A stretch of DNA of 64,000 nt from Polyangiaceae bacterium (GTDB lineage Bacteria > Myxococcota_A > Polyangia > Polyangiales > Polyangiaceae): assembly GCA_050287085.1 (NCBI GenBank), contig JBNKBE010000020.1, positions 48,949-112,948 on the forward strand, given 5' to 3'. Under the pieces are notes generated by a model, which had not been told where the DNA came from, did no database searches, and saw only the letters and a program-made list of their open reading frames with translations. Below, one piece after another: positions 20,814 to 30,220 of the stretch. Every line of letters starts with the position of its first letter. The stretch's first letter is position 1. A program made the position numbers and the translations under genes.

Positions 20814-21048
20814 CGATTTCGGTGACCCCTAGAGCAGTCCCTCCAGCGGGGCCAAGTCTTTGCCCAAGGAGTGCTTTTTCGTCGCTCTCCAAGGGCGTTC
20901 GAAGGCAGCGCCAGACCCGACCCTGACCACGACGGATACCAGACCTCTTGCTGCTCCTCGGACTCAGCGACCGTCGCCGCTGCCCTGGGGCTCACGGCCT
21001 GGGGCTTCTCGATCGGCGGCGACATCCGGCACCGGCTGGGTGCCGCAC

Positions 21049-22677
21049 TCAATCGCCAAGCAGACCTTCATACAAATAGGCCGCTCCGGCTTCCGGAGTG
21101 GCGTTGTCGTCCAGATCCCCTCCTAGGCCGGTCGATGAGCTCGCCTCTCGATCGGCCCCAACCGCCACCCAAGAGCCATCTCCGGAAAGCGAAAGCGACC
21201 ATCCGAAACGGTCCCCAATACCCGGCTTGGTAGCTTTGATGTACGCGCGCTGCGACCAAGTCGACTCGGCGACGCGGAATAGGTATGCGGCTCCCGACTC
21301 GCTCGCAGAATCATCGCCCTGCGCAGCGCCCGTATCGCGCAGCACGCTGTCCTCGAGGGCCGCACCGACTAGCGCGCTCTTTCCGTCTGCGGCCAGCGCA
21401 ACGCGAAAGCCAAACTCGTCCCCAACTCCCGAGTTGGAAGCTTTGAGGTACGCCGCATAGCTCCAAGTCTCACCCGCGCGCTCGATCACGTACGCAGCCC
21501 CCGCATATGGCGCGCTCGTATCGCTGGAATCACCATCGACGCCACTGGCCGCGCTAGCGTCGCCGGGAGCCCCAACGAGCAGCACTTGGCCATCACCAGA
21601 CAACGACACCGCCGTGCCGAAATTGTCATCACCGACGCCCCCGTTGGCGGGTGGCTTCAGGTACGCCTGCTGTTGCCACTCGCCCTCTCGCTGCGAAAAG
21701 ACGTAGACGGCTCCGGTGCGCGGCGCGGAATTATCCATCGGATCGCCATCGACACCATTGGCGACACTGTCCTCCCAATAGGCGCCGACGGCCAGCCACC
21801 GACCGTCTCCCGAGAGCGCAACCGTGCCCCCGAATTCATCACCCGCGTCCGGATTGGATGCCTTCAGATAGGCGGTGGGCGTCCAGCCATCGTTGGCGCG
21901 CGTGAAGGTGTATACCGCGCCGGCGCCGTACGCGAGAGGCTCTCCGGGCTCTGGGTCAACCCCGGTCGCCGCACTCGGCTCCCCCTGGGCGCCCACCGCC
22001 AAGACGTCGCCATCTGCAGAAAGCGAGAGCGAGATCCCGAAGAAGCTCCCCTCCGAAACATAAGAGGCCTTGACGTATGCCTGCTGTTCCCAGCCGGATG
22101 GGCCCCGAGCAAATACGTAGGCGGCGCCCGTGTCGGACGCCGAGTTATCACTCGCATCGCCGTCGACCCCGGTGGCCGCGCTTGCCTCAAACGGCGCGCC
22201 TACCGCCAGGGTCGAGCCATCCGCGGAAAGCGCCACCGCACTGCCGAACATGTCTCCGCCTTCGGCATTGGACGCCTTCAGATATGCGGTCTGCTCCCAG
22301 ACTCCCTCTTCACGTTGAAAAATGTAGACAGCTCCGGCTTCTTTGGCGCTGTCGTCCGCTTGATCACCATCAACGCCCGTGGCGGCACTGGCTTCACGAC
22401 TTGCCCCAACCGCCAACGTATTGCCGTCCGCTGATAGTGCCATCGCTACTCCGAATAGGTCACCGGCTCCGGCATTGGACGCCTTGAGATAAAGCGGACC
22501 GCCGGGAGCTTCGAGCGCCTCGCCTGCATCCGGCGCGCCGGCTTCCGCCATCCCCTGGCTGCCGCCCTCGGAACTCGGCTCGGGACCGAAACTGGACTCC
22601 TTGTCGGAACAGGCGAGAGCGAGAGACAATGCGCCCAACACAAGTGCAACGCGGCACGACGGGATCCGACACTTCAT
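21049..22677 (-). CDS. Integrin-like FG-GAP repeat lipoprotein
   Basis: Lipobox ALAC and seven repeats of YLKASN..GD.FG..ALS.DG..LAVGA..E.S...GAVY. Confidence 0.9.
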   Translation of the reverse strand: MKCRIPSCRVALVLGALSLALACSDKESSFGPEPSSEGGSQGMAEAGAPDAGEALEAPGGPLYLKASNAGAGDLFGVAMALSADGNTLAVGASREASAATGVDGDQADDSAKEAGAVYIFQREEGVWEQTAYLKASNAEGGDMFGSAVALSADGSTLAVGAPFEASAATGVDGDASDNSASDTGAAYVFARGPSGWEQQAYVKASYVSEGSFFGISLSLSADGDVLAVGAQGEPSAATGVDPEPGEPLAYGAGAVYTFTRANDGWTPTAYLKASNPDAGDEFGGTVALSGDGRWLAVGAYWEDSVANGVDGDPMDNSAPRTGAVYVFSQREGEWQQQAYLKPPANGGVGDDNFGTAVSLSGDGQVLLVGAPGDASAASGVDGDSSDTSAPYAGAAYVIERAGETWSYAAYLKASNSGVGDEFGFRVALAADGKSALVGAALEDSVLRDTGAAQGDDSASESGAAYLFRVAESTWSQRAYIKATKPGIGDRFGWSLSLSGDGSWVAVGADREASSSTGLGGDLDDNATPEAGAAYLYEGLLGD

Positions 22678-22901
22678 GACCCCTCAATCTACCCCGTCTG
22701 GGACGTTCGTGTCGCCCCTAGAGTCGCCGGTCGAAAGAACCCCACACGCGAGTACGCGAGGGAGGCCAAACGAAGTCGCACGGGTTGCAGTGCGACCGCC
22801 AACTTTCTCCCGTGGGGGGGCACGTTCCGTGTCGGGATGGCGTCTCCCGTGGCTCGGCAGAGCTCTCTCGGCGGGACCGTCTGATGTCGCTCGCATGAAG
22901 G

Positions 22902-24299
22902 CTAGGGCAAGGTAGCCCCAGCCGCACTCAACACCGACGCTTTCACGCACTCCGCCGGCTCCGGCGTATACTCATAGCCGAGTTCGTCTTCAGGGAACGC
23001 TGCGGTGCTCTTCCAATCGTCGGCATTGGCCAACGTGTCGGCGCTGACGGTCCAGCTGATACCCTCACCGACGAAGTTGTCCCGCAAGTCCCAATACCCC
23101 GCCTCTGCGCTATAGCGAGAAGTAATGGGGTTCGTCGCATGCTCGAAGTAGTTGCTCTCGATCAGCGCAACGGCTCCCATCCGCACGTTGATGCCACTGC
23201 TCTTGATGTGGCCGAAGTAGTTGTTGAACACGTGGATGTAGCCAAAGCGAACGAGCGGAGTCCGCGACGCGACATTTTCGTAGCGGTTGTGATGAAAGGT
23301 GACATAGCGCTCGGTATTCTCCGTGTCGCTGGACCCTAACAAGCCCGTCTTTTGATGGTCGTGCAGGTAGTTGTAAGAAACGGTGATGTAGCGTGCACCG
23401 CGCTTGATATCAATCAAGCCATCGAATTCGGTATCCCCCGCGCCAGGACAGTCGTCTTTGGTCGAACTGAAGAGCTCGTTGTGATCGATGAGCACATGCT
23501 CCACGTCCCCGTTGGTGTCGTTTCCCTCCAGCGTAATCGCGTCAGCGCTACCTCCGCCCGGAAGAAGGCCCAACGTCATGTTGCGGACGATGATGTTCTT
23601 CGCACGGCTGATCTTGATGCCAAAGTTTGCGCTGGACCCCGGCGCCCCTTCGAACGTGACGTTTTCCATCTCCTTGATTTGGAGCTGATTGGCGGCCTTC
23701 TCATGCTGGGCACAGACGTCCGATATCGTGGTGAAGTCGAATATTCCCGCGTAGCGGATCACGAGCGCCCCACGGTCTCCAGCTTTGAACGCGTCGCGAT
23801 AGGCCGCCAGGGCTGCCGCCGCCTCATCAAATGAGTTCACGACGATGGGCGTCTGATCGCCACCACCGGTCGCGGCCCGGCCATATCCAAGCGCCGCAGT
23901 CGAGGCCCCGGCGCGCGCAAGACACCCATCTTGCCCCTGCGCTGCACTGCCGCCGGCTGCCGCGGCGCCCCCTTCGCCGATATCATCCACATCGGGCGCA
24001 ACGGGGTTACTGCCCGCATCTCGGCTTTGCGCCGTCGCGCCCGCGCCACTTGCCGCAGTCTGCCCGCCCGCGCCACTTGCCGCAGTCTGCCCGCCCGCGC
24101 CACTTGCCGCAGTCTGCCCGCCCGCGCCGTTTCCAGAGGCCTCCGACGGCGCGCCGGGGCCCTGGCCCATAGTGCCCCCGACGCCCGCCGTCGCATCCGT
24201 GACAGCGTTTTCAGGCCCACTTCCCCCTTCCGTCCCACAGGACGCAGCAACAAGGCCGACCACCAGCCAACACGCGAAACTGAAGGAACGGAAGGTCAT
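22902..24299 (-). CDS. Polysaccharide lyase family 1 (pectate lyase) lipoprotein
   Basis: Lipobox AASC, ATGGG, NIIVRN, DAI, IDHNEL, DGLIDI, ITVSYN, VTFHHN, R.P.VRFG..HVFNNY, IESNYF. Confidence 0.9.
   Translation of the reverse strand: MTFRSFSFACWLVVGLVAASCGTEGGSGPENAVTDATAGVGGTMGQGPGAPSEASGNGAGGQTAASGAGGQTAASGAGGQTAASGAGATAQSRDAGSNPVAPDVDDIGEGGAAAAGGSAAQGQDGCLARAGASTAALGYGRAATGGGDQTPIVVNSFDEAAAALAAYRDAFKAGDRGALVIRYAGIFDFTTISDVCAQHEKAANQLQIKEMENVTFEGAPGSSANFGIKISRAKNIIVRNMTLGLLPGGGSADAITLEGNDTNGDVEHVLIDHNELFSSTKDDCPGAGDTEFDGLIDIKRGARYITVSYNYLHDHQKTGLLGSSDTENTERYVTFHHNRYENVASRTPLVRFGYIHVFNNYFGHIKSSGINVRMGAVALIESNYFEHATNPITSRYSAEAGYWDLRDNFVGEGISWTVSADTLANADDWKSTAAFPEDELGYEYTPEPAECVKASVLSAAGATLP
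24039..24128. repeat. 27-bp tandem repeat x3.3 (GAGGQTAAS linker)
   Basis: gcccgcgccacttgccgcagtctgccc occurs three times identically, followed by a partial copy. Confidence 0.95.
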
Positions 24300-24649
24300 C
24301 CCGAAGTGCATGCAACAACTGCGTGTGGCCGTCAATTCGCCGCCGCACGCAGCTTCCACACCGCAGTCAAATCGAGAAAATTGTGTCAGCACCACGGCGC
24401 CGTGGCCCGAGTTGTGCGCATGATCGGCGAACAACCCGCGGCCCGGCGGCTCTCTCGAATGCGCCAGCACTGGCTAAGATTCGGCAAGGATTGCACAAGC
24501 ACCTCCTTTCCGATCCGCTCCAGGCATTCTGTGCGCGCCGCGGACGGCTCGGGCCAAGCGCTTCCGAGTCCAGCTTGACGAACCGAGTCCAAAGGTGCTC
24601 GTGTGTCAGAAAGAGCCAGACACTCGTACTGACAAGGAAGGAGTCTCAG

Positions 24650-25468
24650 GTGAAACCAACAAGACTAGACCGAATGCTGTGGTGGGCGGTGCTGGCAGGA
24701 GTGGTGGGATGCGGCGGCTCCAAACCGGTGGCCACCTCGGCACAAGCTTCAACGGAAAGCACGGCTCCGTCCGAGGAAGTGGCCAGCACTAGCTCGGAAG
24801 GCGCCCCCACCGAGAGCGCTGAGCCCGAAGCCGTCGCCCCGCGTCCAGACGTTCCTCCGGAAGGTTCGTCGCTCGATCGCGTGATGCAGGCTCACTTCAA
24901 GGACGCCCTTCTGATACGGGAGGCCGTCATCGCAGGCAAACCGGAAGACGCCGCAATGCCAGCCGACGTCATCGCCAACCTGGAGAACCTCGATCGATTG
25001 CCCAAGGGCTGGCAACCGTTCGTGGAAAACATGAAGGCCACGGCACGACGTGTGAACAACAGTACAACGTCGGCTAGCGTCGCCGCAGCCGTCGCAGATC
25101 TCGGCGTATCTTGTGGGCTCTGTCATCGACAACATGGTGGACCCAGCGCCAGCGCAGAGGCACCGCCGGCCACTGGCACTACGCTGGAGGAGCGCATGCA
25201 GCATCACGCCTGGGCCACAGAGCGGCTGTGGGAAGGGCTCTCCGTGCCGTCGAGTGAAGCGTGGAACGCGGGTGCTAGTGCACTGGCCACAGCGACCTTT
25301 CCGAAAGAGCTATTGGAGAAAGGTGGCGTGGATGTTCGAACCTCAGCCGCTGATTTCACACACCTTGCGACGAAAGCTTCAAAGCAGAAGCACACGGAAG
25401 GGCGCGCCGCCGTATACGCTGAATTGCTCGTGACGTGTGGGACCTGTCACCAGGCTACCGCCCACTAG
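24650..25468 (+). CDS. Di-heme cytochrome c lipoprotein (two cytochrome c'-like helical bundles)
   Basis: AAGGAG RBS, GTG start and lipobox VVGC. Two similar halves (MQAHF...CGLCH and MQHHAW...CGTCH) each end in CxxCH. Confidence 0.8.
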   Translation: MKPTRLDRMLWWAVLAGVVGCGGSKPVATSAQASTESTAPSEEVASTSSEGAPTESAEPEAVAPRPDVPPEGSSLDRVMQAHFKDALLIREAVIAGKPEDAAMPADVIANLENLDRLPKGWQPFVENMKATARRVNNSTTSASVAAAVADLGVSCGLCHRQHGGPSASAEAPPATGTTLEERMQHHAWATERLWEGLSVPSSEAWNAGASALATATFPKELLEKGGVDVRTSAADFTHLATKASKQKHTEGRAAVYAELLVTCGTCHQATAH

Positions 25469-25475
25469 CGCTGGC

Positions 25476-25518
25476 GAGCGGGGCGGAGTCCAAACGAGCT
25501 CCGAAGGCCGCCCCGCTC
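25476..25518. terminator. Hairpin between convergent genes
   Basis: GAGCGGGGCGG...CCGCCCCGCTC forms an 11-bp perfect stem between two stop codons. No U-tract. Confidence 0.55.
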
Positions 25519-26393
25519 TAATCGCTGCGCGCGGGCGAACACATCAACTGACGAGCGTCCAATAGCAGGGTCATAACACCTCCCACGTCCGCGATACCCG
25601 TCGTGAGGCCATTTTGGCTGGCAAGCACATTGTTGATGGGTTGAATATGCTCCGCCTCAATGCTGCGGACCGCTTGCACTTCATCCACCAGAAAGCCACA
25701 CAATTCCCCGTCCAAGACCATAACCAGCACGACTTCACGGGACGCTCTGAGGATGTCAGCCACCTCGTCGAATAGCCCGATCAGTTCCGCCAGCTCCGTA
25801 TCACGGGTCTGCTTGACCAAAGACTGTGCTTGAGCAACCTGTCCGGCTTCGAGCAACGCTGCCGCCCGCTTTGCCACCGCATGGATACGCTGGTGGGGCG
25901 CGTCAAACTTCTTTAGGTGAAACGCAAGCTGGGTGTTGTCAGTCTCGTAGGTGTCATACCACTGGCCAAACGCGCACTGATGCGGGTCCGTCGTCAACTC
26001 GAAGGGGCGCCCCTCGTCTATCGAACGAGATAGCTCCTCCAACCATTCAATATGGTCTTGTTTGCGCTTCTGGATCAGAGCGTCGAATTCACGACGTTCC
26101 GTGTCGCTGGCAGTCATGCCTAGCCGACGCCTGAGGTCCAGAACAGGCACGGCCTTGTTCCTCACCATCGCGATGCCACGAATGTGGTCGGGGTAAGTAG
26201 CCGGTTTCACGAGCTCGTCGAGCACCACCATCTGGGCCAGGTTTTCGATCGGCAACGCGTACTGGCGCCCGCTCAGAAGTACGATCGCCCAACCGACTTC
26301 CGACCTGGTGTCGTTATCCACCTCAAGTGCCTCTTGTGCCATCACTTCGTCTTCTAGCCTCTGGCTCGCCTGGGACGCGTCGAACTTGAGCAT
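25518..26393 (-). CDS. cheW: CheW-like protein with inserted CZB (chemoreceptor zinc-binding) domain
   Basis: CheW N-half (QYALPI..IRGI..VR..VPVLDLRRRLG), CZB (HIEW..DPHQCAFGQWY..HQRIH), and CheW C-half (GFLVDEVQAV...LLLD). Confidence 0.85.
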   Translation of the reverse strand: MLKFDASQASQRLEDEVMAQEALEVDNDTRSEVGWAIVLLSGRQYALPIENLAQMVVLDELVKPATYPDHIRGIAMVRNKAVPVLDLRRRLGMTASDTERREFDALIQKRKQDHIEWLEELSRSIDEGRPFELTTDPHQCAFGQWYDTYETDNTQLAFHLKKFDAPHQRIHAVAKRAAALLEAGQVAQAQSLVKQTRDTELAELIGLFDEVADILRASREVVLVMVLDGELCGFLVDEVQAVRSIEAEHIQPINNVLASQNGLTTGIADVGGVMTLLLDARQLMCSPARSD

Positions 26394-26579
26394 CTCCAAC
26401 GCCGGAGTACGGCCGGGCGCGGCCGTTCTTTAGAAACGAATCGCACCGGGCCTAGGGTAGCGCCGCACGAACCGCGTACCTTCACACCCACCCCCTCACC
26501 TTGAGGCGAACCTCTTCGGGAAGCGGCAGGCGAAGTTACTGAAACAACACGCAATGCCCCAGACGACACCGAGAAGGAC

Positions 26580-26664
26580 TGGGTGCAACAAGGCTTGGTG
26601 CACTCAGTCTTGTTGCATCCACCCGTGCATTCCTGGTCTTGTTGCACCCACCCGTGCATTCCTG
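26580..26664. repeat. Palindrome plus 29-bp tandem duplication in a divergent intergenic region
   Basis: GTGCAACAAG-G-CTTGGTGCAC at 26583-26603. GTCTTGTTGCAYCCACCCGTGCATTCCTG at 26607-26635 and 26636-26664. 26580-26592 is the perfect reverse complement of 26638-26650. Confidence 0.85.
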
Positions 26665-26801
26665 ACTGTGCTCCGCCACAACCCGTGGTAAGTTTGCGTT
26701 TGCGCCTGCATCCATTTCCCCGGCATGGTTCTACAAGCAATCCACGCCGCCAGCAAAGCGCGACAGCTCAGGCAGCGCCCGACGGCTCAAAGGAGAAGAA
26801 C

Positions 26802-27236
26802 GTGGTCATTCCGCTCGACCTCGACCATTCGATTCAGCACCGACAGTTAGTCTCGCAAGGCGAGTGTACCACGCTCTGGTATTACGCTGAACTTCGGATC
26901 ATACACCATCAGATCTCGGCGCCCCCGTCGTCGCAGGAGTTTCGCGAGCTGTTGACTCGTGGTGCAGATGTGCTCGAGCGATTCCATGTTCAGAAATGGT
27001 TGTCGGACGATAGCGGCAACAACCTAATCCGCCCCGACGACGAGACATGGGCGCGCAACGAGTGGCTCCCGCGGGCTCTACGTGGAGGCTTCAAGTATTG
27101 GGCGATCGTGCGTCCCTCCACGGCGGTTGGTAAACTCTTGATGCACCGTCTCGCAGCTGAGCACGCGCAGATTGGAATCGTCTCCCACTTTGGCGCAACT
27201 CCAGATGATGCGCTTGAGTGGCTCATGTTGCAGTAG
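26802..27236 (+). CDS. STAS/SEC14-like (SpoIIAA-like) hypothetical protein
   Basis: AGGAG RBS + GTG. Pattern KWLSD...W...EW.PRA..GF.YWAIV.P.......A.EWL. Confidence 0.6.
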   Translation: MVIPLDLDHSIQHRQLVSQGECTTLWYYAELRIIHHQISAPPSSQEFRELLTRGADVLERFHVQKWLSDDSGNNLIRPDDETWARNEWLPRALRGGFKYWAIVRPSTAVGKLLMHRLAAEHAQIGIVSHFGATPDDALEWLMLQ

Positions 27237-27322
27237 GGTTGGGACCGCACGTGGACCGGGCAGCGAAGCCGCAACGCCTCACGCCGCTCCCCTGGAGTAC
27301 CCACTGCGGCGCGCGCCGCCCT

Positions 27323-28309
27323 TCAACGCGCGTCGAGAGTATGCTCGGTTAGTTCTTCGTTGCGATCGGTCGCGAGCGGCGGGGCTGGTGACAGAGCTGC
27401 GATCTCTCGATAGAGCGCATCTGACATAGTGTAGCTGGCAGCGGCCAGCGAGGGCTGCAGTTGCTCTGCCGTGCGCGCCCCAATGAGGGGCGCAGTGACC
27501 GCCGGGTGCGCCGCAACCCACGCGATGGCAAGCGTTACGGGGTGAACCCCTTCGCGCGCCGCAAGCGCCGTGAAGCGCGCCGCGATATCCAGATAGCTGG
27601 CCTCGCCATAGCGAGTTGCGTCCGCCTTCAGCTTCTGAAGACGCCCTTCACTATCCGCCGTTCCATACTTGCCGGTAAGCAATCCACCCGCAAGCGGACT
27701 ATAGGATATAACCCCGAGTCCTTCGGCCGCTGCCATGGGCAGCAGCTCGACCTCAGCTTGGCGCTTGACCAGGCTATACATGGGTTGAATTGCCACCATC
27801 GGCGCAAATCCGAGTCGCTCAGCGTGTCCTAACGCACGCGCCACCTGCCAAGCGGCAAAGTTGCTGACGGCCGGATACAAGACCTTGCCCGATCGGACCA
27901 AGTGTTCCAGCCCCCGCAAGGTCTCTTCGAGACTGGTCACGTCGTCGAAACGGTGCAGATACAGCACGTCGAGGCGATCGGTGCCCAGACGTTGCAGACT
28001 CGCCTCCACAGCGCGAACCAAATGGTAGCGAGACGTACCGCGCGCGTTGGGATCGGCGCTCGTCGGAAAGTAGGCCTTGCTGCACAACACCAGCTCATCG
28101 CGGCACGGAGCGATGAGCTCTCGCACGATCAGCTCCGATCGCCCCCCCGCATACACGTCGGCGCAGTCGACCAAGTTGATGCCCGCGTCTCGACACTGCG
28201 CAAACATGGCGGCGCAAGCTTGCTGATCCGATTCCCGGCCGAAAGTCATGGTACCGAGGCCCAGCCGCGACACTCGAACGCCAGTCTTGCCCAGGAAACG
28301 ATAGTCCAT
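27323..28309 (-). CDS. Aldo/keto reductase
   Basis: MDYRFLGKTGVRVSRLGLGTMTFG, DCADVY, SLQRLGTDRLDVLYLH, VSNF, YSPLAGGLLTGKY, PLIGART. Confidence 0.95.
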   Translation of the reverse strand: MDYRFLGKTGVRVSRLGLGTMTFGRESDQQACAAMFAQCRDAGINLVDCADVYAGGRSELIVRELIAPCRDELVLCSKAYFPTSADPNARGTSRYHLVRAVEASLQRLGTDRLDVLYLHRFDDVTSLEETLRGLEHLVRSGKVLYPAVSNFAAWQVARALGHAERLGFAPMVAIQPMYSLVKRQAEVELLPMAAAEGLGVISYSPLAGGLLTGKYGTADSEGRLQKLKADATRYGEASYLDIAARFTALAAREGVHPVTLAIAWVAAHPAVTAPLIGARTAEQLQPSLAAASYTMSDALYREIAALSPAPPLATDRNEELTEHTLDAR

Positions 28310-28506
28310 GACCCCATGGATGGCACACCCACGCCGTTGCTGGCAACCATGCTCCTGCCCGCCGAAACTTTGATCGGGGGAGCAAGAGCGAGCTTGCTCG
28401 GGCCCCGCGCTTCGGGCTTCGGCCCGTGGGAGGGGTTCGGCTTCGGGGCCCTCACTCGTTCGACCTCGAATCTCAGCGTCGTGGCGCGCCCGCACCTGCT
28501 GGCCCT

Positions 28507-29043
28507 CTAGTGCTCTGTGCGCCCGCACTCGGCCGCCATCTGAAGCAGCCTTGCGACAGTGTTGGCATTGCGTGCGGTCGCGCTTCCAGCCAGCGCCCGT
28601 CCCACCTTCTCTGCCAATTTCGAGCGACCTATACCGTCCGGCGCGTAGAGATAGAACACGTTGCCAACGCGGCGGAAGTCTTCGCGTTTTGATTTGACAG
28701 CATCCAGGGGCGCAGTGTCGAACACCACTGGCGACCCCGCCAGAAAGAAGTAGTGCAGCTGCTTGCCCTCCTCGGGCTGAAACGGATTGCGCTGCACTGC
28801 CGACGCCAACTCCTCATGGCTTAGGTAGACAATCTCTGGTCGAAACCCAAAGTGCTGCTCTACCAGCAGCGCCAATTGGCCCTTCGGGCGCTGAGCAGAG
28901 CGAAATACGATATTGCCGCTCTGGATATAGGTGCGCACGTCCTCGAAACCGTTGTCGGTCATCACCCGGGTCAACGCGCTCATCGGCAGGCGATTTTTAC
29001 CGCCAACGTTCACACCACGCAACAAGGCAATCCAAACTGTCAT
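28507..29043 (-). CDS. DUF1697 domain protein
   Basis: IALLRGVNVGGKN, VRTYIQSGNIVF, TARN..TV. Confidence 0.9.
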   Translation of the reverse strand: MTVWIALLRGVNVGGKNRLPMSALTRVMTDNGFEDVRTYIQSGNIVFRSAQRPKGQLALLVEQHFGFRPEIVYLSHEELASAVQRNPFQPEEGKQLHYFFLAGSPVVFDTAPLDAVKSKREDFRRVGNVFYLYAPDGIGRSKLAEKVGRALAGSATARNANTVARLLQMAAECGRTEH

Positions 29044-29089
29044 TGGCTCAGCCTCCACTTTGCTCACTCACTTCACATCCATTGGACCA

Positions 29090-29752
29090 CTAGGTCTGCT
29101 GCGCCACAAAGGTCAGCAGCAAACACCAGAAGCACAAGACGAGGTTGAAGAGGATCAGCTGCAGTGCCGACGGCAACGAATAAACAATACACACCGCCGG
29201 CACCCACACAACCCACGTGGACACCAGCACGACCAAGACGCGGCGAATGAACGCCCGAGGCCGAAGCTCCGGCGCCACCCTACGAAACGAGAAGCCAGCG
29301 TCTTTCCAGAGAAAGAAGAGGCACTGAGTTGGCGCTGCCCACAGCGGGTTATAGATGAACTGGTCGACCAGGACCTTCTTGACGATCACGTCAACCGATG
29401 CATCGGCGCCGAAGAGCCAAGCTTGCGCGCGGTAGAGCCCATCCACTTCGACGCCCTTGTAGCACCAGAAGACGAGGTAGAATGCGAGCTCGAGAAGCCC
29501 TCGTTCACGCTGAATCCGGCGCCCAAACCACAACACCAAGAAAGGCACCAGGCCTCCAAAGAACGCCGTGGAGGCCGCCGAAAAAGCATAACCCCATGCC
29601 GTCTTCAGGCGACCTATCGCATCGAGCCAATGGCCCACCGGCGCGCTGAGATAATACGCCCCAACAATGAGCAAGGCGAACACTGGAAGCACCAATCCGG
29701 GCACGAGATTGGCCCGAACACCACGCCAGATAACCGGGAGGATAGCCGTCAT
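29090..29752 (-). CDS. Mpv17/PMP22-like integral membrane protein
   Basis: Several TM helices. KVLVDQFIYNP and W.VW.P....YSLP..LQ..FN resemble Mpv17/PMP22. Confidence 0.6.
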   Translation of the reverse strand: MTAILPVIWRGVRANLVPGLVLPVFALLIVGAYYLSAPVGHWLDAIGRLKTAWGYAFSAASTAFFGGLVPFLVLWFGRRIQRERGLLELAFYLVFWCYKGVEVDGLYRAQAWLFGADASVDVIVKKVLVDQFIYNPLWAAPTQCLFFLWKDAGFSFRRVAPELRPRAFIRRVLVVLVSTWVVWVPAVCIVYSLPSALQLILFNLVLCFWCLLLTFVAQQT

Positions 29753-29753
29753 C

Positions 29754-30071
29754 CTATTCCAGCCCGGCGTCGCGACGAAACTCGTGGCACTGACGACTTC
29801 CCGCCTGAAAGTCGCGACACGTCGTACCCCTGACTTCGTAGATCTGGCAGGCGTGGGGGCTCTCAGCTGTCCCCAGCCAAACGCACGCCCCCTTCGAGTC
29901 GGTCGCGAAGGCCTGCAAACCGAAATGTCCGGGTTGCACTTGCTCAGCAATGTCCGCGCGCCCGATCCGGCGCCAACGGACCAGGTCTTCCGGTGGGATC
30001 AGGATGCGACCGTCGTGCCCAGTCCGGCAACACACGCCGCAGGCAAGGCAATCAGGAACTGCGGTGTTCAA
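29754..30071 (-). CDS. YkgJ-family (CxxCxxCC) cysteine cluster protein
   Basis: DCLACGVCC, C..L, CQIYEVR...CRDF..GS.QC. Confidence 0.85.
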   Translation of the reverse strand: MNTAVPDCLACGVCCRTGHDGRILIPPEDLVRWRRIGRADIAEQVQPGHFGLQAFATDSKGACVWLGTAESPHACQIYEVRGTTCRDFQAGSRQCHEFRRDAGLE

Positions 30072-30220
30072 GGCGCCACGCTTTCAAGAGGCCGCGACTG
30101 CGGAAGGAGCTCATGAGTAGAAACCAGCGACGCAGCCACGGGGTGATTGTAGGCAGCGGCGGAGACTTGGAGTATCGAAGCCTGGAAGCCCAACCGAGGT
30201 CGGCCGGCCCGGGGATGTGC

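Noticed and set aside
20798..21052. 84-aa ORF bridging the FG-GAP and mepA genes
   Set aside because: It overlaps both neighbours in operon-like fashion, but the composition is low-complexity and no family is recognisable. Cannot be supported.
26607..26664. 29-bp repeats as a mini CRISPR array
   Set aside because: Only two copies, directly adjacent with no spacer, and no cas genes.
26354..26740. Cys-rich minus-strand ORF as a RiPP or metallothionein
   Set aside because: The Cys pattern is a by-product of the TGCA repeats, whose 29-bp period breaks frame. No RBS or modifying enzymes are apparent.
28400..28451. GGGCCCCG...CGGGGCCC inverted repeat with GCTTCGG units upstream of the aldo/keto reductase
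   Set aside because: A short GC-only stem is expected by chance at this GC content. No attC boxes or U-tract.
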